Origin: a virus
DNA length: 62,811 nucleotides
Direction: 5' to 3' (one strand)
Virus record (IMG/VR): IMGVR_UViG_3300047175_000146
Span: 1 to 62,811 of that record
Positions within the stretch are counted from its first letter, which is position 1. Every line of letters begins with the position of its first letter. This document shows positions 58,253-62,811 of this stretch, one piece after another. A program made the position numbers and the translations under genes. The notes below the pieces were generated by a model, which saw nothing but the letters and a program-made list of their open reading frames with translations, ran no database searches and was not told the origin of the DNA.

Positions 58253-59185
58253 ATGTCACGACAATTGCTCTCCCGCGCCAACCAGGTTTTCTTCGGTCGC
58301 GCCTCGATTGGCAACTACCAGTCCGGCAAGCCGGGCGGCGAAATCACGTTGCAATACCGCTTCAAGCCCGTTGGCAATCGCGCCGTGACGTTCTCGGCAG
58401 CGCCGGCCGCCGGCGCCACCAGCGCCACGCTGTCGGCCAACTGGGGCGGCGCATCGGGTATCTGGCCCATCACCTTCTCCGATGGCGAGGTGCTGAACGG
58501 CATCTTCACCAATGGCGCCACCACGTGCACGTTCCTGCCGGCGAGCTTTCCCCAGGTCGCCAGCGCCACGCTCGGGCCCTATGGCGGCAGCGGCGCACTG
58601 GTCAATGCGGTAACCACCGCAGCCACCGTCGGCGGCCAGCCGCCGGTGGTGGGCGTTGCCAACAGCATCCTGACGTCGAGCTCGATCAACACCGGCACGC
58701 CGGTGGTGCCGAACGGCGCGCTCGCCACCTCCGGCGTGGCCACGACCGATGTCGCGCGCAATATCGTGGCGGCCTGGACCGGGACGGCCGTCCTGACCGT
58801 CACCGGCACCGACATGTATGGATATGCGCAGACCGAATCCTCGGCCTCGGGCACCTCGTTCACCGGCAAGAAGGCCTTTGCCACCATCACCTCGATCGCG
58901 GTCTCGGCGAATGTCACGGCCTGCACGGTCGGCACCGGCAACGCGCTCGGATTGCCGTTCAAGTGCATCTCAGGGGATGTGTTTGCCTTTATGTTCAACG
59001 ACGCGGTCGATGCCTCGACGTTCGTCAAGGCGGATGTGACCTATCCGGCGACCTCGACCACGGGCGACGTGCGCGGTACGCTGACGCCGGCGGGGACGCT
59101 CAACGGCTCGAGCTTCTACTCGGTGCTGCTGAAACCGAAAGACGCATCGACCCAGGTAGATCTGTTCGGCGTGCCGCCGGCTTAA
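58253..59185 (+). CDS. Structural protein carrying the shared module; paralogous core with 59494..60228
   Basis: ATG 58253 after aggag (ORF from 58217). The shared module lies at about 58412..58573. Confidence 0.5.
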   Translation: MSRQLLSRANQVFFGRASIGNYQSGKPGGEITLQYRFKPVGNRAVTFSAAPAAGATSATLSANWGGASGIWPITFSDGEVLNGIFTNGATTCTFLPASFPQVASATLGPYGGSGALVNAVTTAATVGGQPPVVGVANSILTSSSINTGTPVVPNGALATSGVATTDVARNIVAAWTGTAVLTVTGTDMYGYAQTESSASGTSFTGKKAFATITSIAVSANVTACTVGTGNALGLPFKCISGDVFAFMFNDAVDASTFVKADVTYPATSTTGDVRGTLTPAGTLNGSSFYSVLLKPKDASTQVDLFGVPPA

Positions 59186-59189
59186 AATC

Positions 59190-59492
59190 ATGGCCGCCCG
59201 CAGTATTCGCGATACGATGCGCCCGCTGCTGCCGACGCAGGGTATGGCGCAGCCGGACGTCAAGCCGACGCCCATGCCGGCCGGCAATCCGGCTTATCTG
59301 CCGCGCCCCGTCAGCGGCGCCGGGTTGCAAAACAGCGCCGTCATTGGTTCAGGGCTCATGGCGCAGCCCTCGAATGCCGGCGCGCTGCCCGCGCCGCAAG
59401 CAGCACAGGTCGGCAACGCCCAGGCGCAACCGACGGCCGGCGGCGCGCAGCAACAGGTCAATCCGGTGATCCGACCGGTGGCAAGGATGTGA
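59190..59492 (+). CDS. Hypothetical protein (Pro/Ala/Gln-rich)
   Basis: 100-aa ORF. Confidence 0.45.
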   Translation: MAARSIRDTMRPLLPTQGMAQPDVKPTPMPAGNPAYLPRPVSGAGLQNSAVIGSGLMAQPSNAGALPAPQAAQVGNAQAQPTAGGAQQQVNPVIRPVARM

Positions 59493-59493
59493 C

Positions 59494-60228
59494 GTGCCAA
59501 AACTGCGCAATCAAACCACGCTGACGGGCCAGACGGGCTCCCTGACCGCGATCGCCACCTCGCAGGCGGGGACGGCCAGCGTGGCGCTCATCCTGAACGG
59601 CGCGCTTGCGAAGACGGGTCAGCCGGTTCCTTCCAATGCCGGCACGATCAGTCAGGTCAAAGCGAATGGCACCTCGTACCTGCAACCTGGCGCGGGCTTG
59701 CCGATCAGTGGCACGGCCGCGGTCTTGGGCGCGGCGCAGCCGGTCTTGATCGCATCGGCCGGCAACGATTCGGGCATCACGTTCAAGATCGTCGGATTAG
59801 GACCTTCCGGCGAGCTCATCAGCGAAAGTCTCAGCGGCGCGAACGTCGGCACGGCGACCTCGGCCAACCTCTACAGCGTGGTGTATTCGATCACCCCGTC
59901 GGCGGCCACCGCCGCCAACGTGACGGTGGGCACCGGTTCAGTGGTCTACTCGCCGTGGCTCATCATCGGCGCGCAGCGAAACGAGTTTCAGACCCAGGTG
60001 CGTACCTTCTTCGCGCCCGGTGGCACCGGCAACTACGATCTGCAGGGCACCACCGACATTCAGATCATGAACCAGGTCGGCGGTTATGCTGACGACATCA
60101 TCACGCTCGAGTCGGCGCAGACGGGCAACGTGTCGAGTTTTCCGAACGGCCCGATGATGGCCTATCGACTGAAAATGAACAGCGGGGGTCCTGTCACTTT
60201 ACGCATCCTCGAGAACAGGACGGCCTGA
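59494..60228 (+). CDS. Structural protein
   Basis: 244-aa ORF (GTG start). 'ITFKIVGLGPSGELISESLSGANVGTATSANLYSVVYSITPSAATAANVTVGTG' parallels 'LTVTGTDMYGYAQTESSASGTSFTGKKAFATITSIAVSANVTACTVGTG' in 58253..59185. Confidence 0.5.
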   Translation: MPKLRNQTTLTGQTGSLTAIATSQAGTASVALILNGALAKTGQPVPSNAGTISQVKANGTSYLQPGAGLPISGTAAVLGAAQPVLIASAGNDSGITFKIVGLGPSGELISESLSGANVGTATSANLYSVVYSITPSAATAANVTVGTGSVVYSPWLIIGAQRNEFQTQVRTFFAPGGTGNYDLQGTTDIQIMNQVGGYADDIITLESAQTGNVSSFPNGPMMAYRLKMNSGGPVTLRILENRTA

Positions 60229-60231
60229 ACC

Positions 60232-61695
60232 ATGCTGAATCGAATTAAGTTTGCACTGCTCGCGCTGTGTATGTCTGCGGCCGCGTTTGGACAGACAAAC
60301 ACGAACCTCAATAATTTCGGATCGGCGCCGACGTTCAACATTACGAGTCCGACCAACGGTCAGTGCGTGGTGTATCAGTCGGTGACGAGCACATGGGTCA
60401 ACAGCTCGTGCACCGCGGCGGGATCTGTTCCGTTGTCTTCGTTGCAACCTCAGGCTCCTGGCACGATTGTGTGTAATACGACGCAGATAGCCGCAACGCC
60501 GACTGCTTGTACGGGATTGACGAATACCAGCGCTGCTGCCGATGCGCCCGCGTTATTCCAGTTTTACCAGTCAGTGACGGGAACGGGAGGTACTGCTGGA
60601 TTTGTAATGAATACGCTGGGAGTTACTACAGTTATACCTACTGAAGCGAGTGCTCTCAATGATTATGTGTGGGGATTGACTTCGAAATTAGACACCTGGG
60701 CAACGGGTAGTGGGCAGCATCTAGCGTTAGCAGCAGTCACTACTCGTCACGTAGGTACAGGAGGATCACCTGTTTGGGGGACGCTTTTCTCTGTTGCAGA
60801 TTCGACGTTTAATTCATCCGCAACTGAAGGCGCAGGGATGACGGGTGATGAAACAGATATCTATGCCTCTAGTACGGATACAGCCGGAATTGCATCAGGG
60901 AATATTCCGTCTGGTCAAGGTGTTCGAATCGGGCATCAAGTAGAGCTTTACACCTATACATGGCCGAGCACATGCACTACCACCAATTCTTCATCGTCAG
61001 TGAGTTCGTGTTCATCTACGCTTACTTCGAATAATGTTGTTGCGGGATTGGCGGTATCCGACAGTTTGGGATGTATCCCTGCTAACGATACTGTCGCCAC
61101 GGTAGCTGCAACGTCTTTTACGTTGACGACTGGCACTAATGCCTCCGGTTGCGGCGCATCTGATGTCATCACGTTCAAGAGCGCCACCCCTACTACAATA
61201 GGCTGGGGTTATCGGGTTGTTGGTAATGGCCCCGGCACTACAAATCCGACTGTGACTCAAGGGTTCACTATCGACAATGCGACGATAGGTAAGTACGGCT
61301 TTAGTTGTATGTACGCGAGTTTTGCTTCCGGGGCGGATTGTTTCGCATCTAACGGGTACAGCGTCGATTCCGTGGGCAATACTGCCGTCAATTCCTTGAC
61401 CATTGCGGCATCGACCGCTCTTTCAGCCAGTGGTTGTAGCTACTCGTCATTGACGGGAGATGTCGTCCCTCTTGGGCCGGTTACAGTCGGAGGAGGTTCT
61501 CTAAGTGCAGGCGCAACTGGCACCTGTACCGTGGCGTTGACATTGCCCGCCGTCATTCATGGATGGTCATGTTCGGCAAGTGATGTGACCTCGCAAATAG
61601 CCTTCATTCAAACCGCACGATCCACGACCGGATGTACGGTATCGGCTGCTGCCACTTCGGGCGACATAATCAGCCTAACACTGGTGGGAACCTAA
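60232..61695 (+). CDS. Fibre/receptor-binding-like protein with signal-peptide-like N-terminus
   Basis: 487 aa, Thr/Ser/Gly-rich, with leader 'MLNRIKFALLALCMSAAAFGQ'. Markedly lower GC than the genome. Confidence 0.55.
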   Translation: MLNRIKFALLALCMSAAAFGQTNTNLNNFGSAPTFNITSPTNGQCVVYQSVTSTWVNSSCTAAGSVPLSSLQPQAPGTIVCNTTQIAATPTACTGLTNTSAAADAPALFQFYQSVTGTGGTAGFVMNTLGVTTVIPTEASALNDYVWGLTSKLDTWATGSGQHLALAAVTTRHVGTGGSPVWGTLFSVADSTFNSSATEGAGMTGDETDIYASSTDTAGIASGNIPSGQGVRIGHQVELYTYTWPSTCTTTNSSSSVSSCSSTLTSNNVVAGLAVSDSLGCIPANDTVATVAATSFTLTTGTNASGCGASDVITFKSATPTTIGWGYRVVGNGPGTTNPTVTQGFTIDNATIGKYGFSCMYASFASGADCFASNGYSVDSVGNTAVNSLTIAASTALSASGCSYSSLTGDVVPLGPVTVGGGSLSAGATGTCTVALTLPAVIHGWSCSASDVTSQIAFIQTARSTTGCTVSAAATSGDIISLTLVGT

Positions 61696-61696
61696 A

Positions 61697-62811
61697 ATGT
61701 CTGCTGCACCTAATCTCGGCTACTACGCCACGCTTGCAACGCTTATTTCCGCGTATGCCGCTACATCTGTGCCCGCAGGGACGATTGCCTATACGGGGGA
61801 TCGAGGGCCAGTATGGTCCGATGCCAATGCGTGGCGTCTTGGGGTTGATGGGTCTAATACGGCTCACGGCGGCGGGACAGGTATATTCAATCTGACTGCG
61901 CAGAACACTCAAAAGTTACGGGCTGGGTTAGCGCGAGTCAGGTCTGGTCAAGGGAACATGAAAGTCGCCTACATAGGTGATTCAACGACTATGGGTTTGT
62001 TCGCTTTAGGTGCTTCAAGTCCTCCCGTTCGCCCTTACTGCATGGCTAATTGTGTAGCGAACATTCTGGACAAACGGTACCGGGGTTACAGTGCGACACC
62101 GATATCGCATTCAGCCAGTACATTCACATCTAACAACGTTGGATCAGCGGTATCTAATATAGCAGCGTATGACACCAGATTAGCCTTTACCGGAACTTGG
62201 ATACTATCTACAGATATTGTGTTCGGGGCAGGAACCTATGTTTCCGCTAGTAGTGGCGCAACGATAGCGTTCACTCCTGGTATCACGTTCGATACGATTG
62301 ACGTTTACTATATAACAAACCCTTCGTATTCGTCGTTCACAGTTAACGTAAACGGCGGCGCATCGCTAGGCACTACCACGACAACAGGTACTGCGGTATT
62401 TGCTAAGGCTACATTCACAACGACAGCGGTCAATGGCACTGTCAATGTCGTCGCAGGTTCTGGCGTATACAACGAGATTGTCGGGATAGCGGTCAGGCTG
62501 TCCACTGTTCCCGCTATCGAACATTACAACATGGGAGCATCTGGTGTAACAGCAGAAGGGCAGGCAGCACTCGTCAGCAGTCCATTCAACACTCCCGCGT
62601 CACTGCCGACTGTCGCACCCGATCTGACAATTATCTGTGTTGATATCAACGATATTTATCCAAGTGGAGGCGCAGGCACTCCACTGACCAATTGGGCCGC
62701 TGCGATTAATACGTTGATCACAGCGGGGCAATCAACGGGAGACGTTATCCTAAGAACAGGCAATCCGATAGGCCAAGCGCAGGGTACCAACGGCGTCGCG
62801 GCGCTGTACTA
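61697..62811 (+). CDS. SGNH/GDSL-family esterase, 5' part (continues through the junction to 317)
   Basis: The ORF is open to the window end. Block I 'KVAYIGDSTTMG' has GDS at 61976..61984. Low GC. Confidence 0.7.
   Translation, partial: MSAAPNLGYYATLATLISAYAATSVPAGTIAYTGDRGPVWSDANAWRLGVDGSNTAHGGGTGIFNLTAQNTQKLRAGLARVRSGQGNMKVAYIGDSTTMGLFALGASSPPVRPYCMANCVANILDKRYRGYSATPISHSASTFTSNNVGSAVSNIAAYDTRLAFTGTWILSTDIVFGAGTYVSASSGATIAFTPGITFDTIDVYYITNPSYSSFTVNVNGGASLGTTTTTGTAVFAKATFTTTAVNGTVNVVAGSGVYNEIVGIAVRLSTVPAIEHYNMGASGVTAEGQAALVSSPFNTPASLPTVAPDLTIICVDINDIYPSGGAGTPLTNWAAAINTLITAGQSTGDVILRTGNPIGQAQGTNGVAALY
62685..62811. repeat. Terminal direct repeat copy 2 (exact copy of 1..127)
   Basis: Same 127-nt string as the window start. 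Unique genome length is therefore 62,684 bp. Confidence 0.9.

Overview
The window is a complete, circularly closed dsDNA phage genome. The first 127 nt are repeated exactly at the end, giving a unique length of 62,684 bp, and one ORF reads through the junction in frame. The DNA is GC-rich (roughly 60-65% by eye) with several clearly lower-GC islands: about 60.3 kb through the junction to 0.35 kb, 1.6-2.56 kb, 5.8-6.55 kb, 14.1-14.7 kb and 45.1-46.3 kb. Gene content looks podovirus-like. It has terS/terL (32.2-34.9 kb), a portal (48.6-51.3 kb), and scaffold, decoration-like and HK97-type capsid genes (54.9-58.2 kb). A long tail, fibre and depolymerase block runs from 58.2 kb through the junction to 14.1 kb; no tape-measure, sheath or tube genes were seen. 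Three consecutive internal-virion/ejection-type proteins end in a 3,341-aa polyvalent protein (15.9-28.4 kb), followed by a lysis cassette (28.4-30.0 kb). A 7.3-kb leftward operon (35.9-43.2 kb) starts at an AT-rich divergent promoter next to a Cro/YdaS-like gene. It carries a DEDD exonuclease, a GH5 cellulase, an acidic Gly-Asp-Tyr repeat protein and a putative DNA-modification pair (TGT/DpdA-like plus PP-loop PAPS-reductase-like). Rightward early genes (43.3-48.4 kb) include an SSB-like protein and a Gp49-like protein. By eye I recognised no tRNA, CRISPR array, integrase, DNA polymerase, primase/helicase or RNA polymerase. The most notable observations are: (1) the giant virion protein fuses a catalytically plausible GGDEF (SGDEF) domain with RadC/JAB, zincin and other polyvalent-protein modules; (2) the TGT-like/PP-loop pair has no deazaguanine biosynthesis genes nearby; (3) a GDGY-type acidic repeat protein has a recombination scar nearby; (4) a 17-nt intergenic element recurs in front of four rightward gene blocks, with a fixed-offset -10-like hexamer in three of the four copies; (5) a sulfotransferase/LpxO-like dioxygenase pair sits inside the virion block; (6) a roughly 55-aa module is shared by three structural proteins; (7) there is a perfect 175-bp tandem duplication. 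All functional calls come from reading motifs in the translations. None has been verified by a database search.
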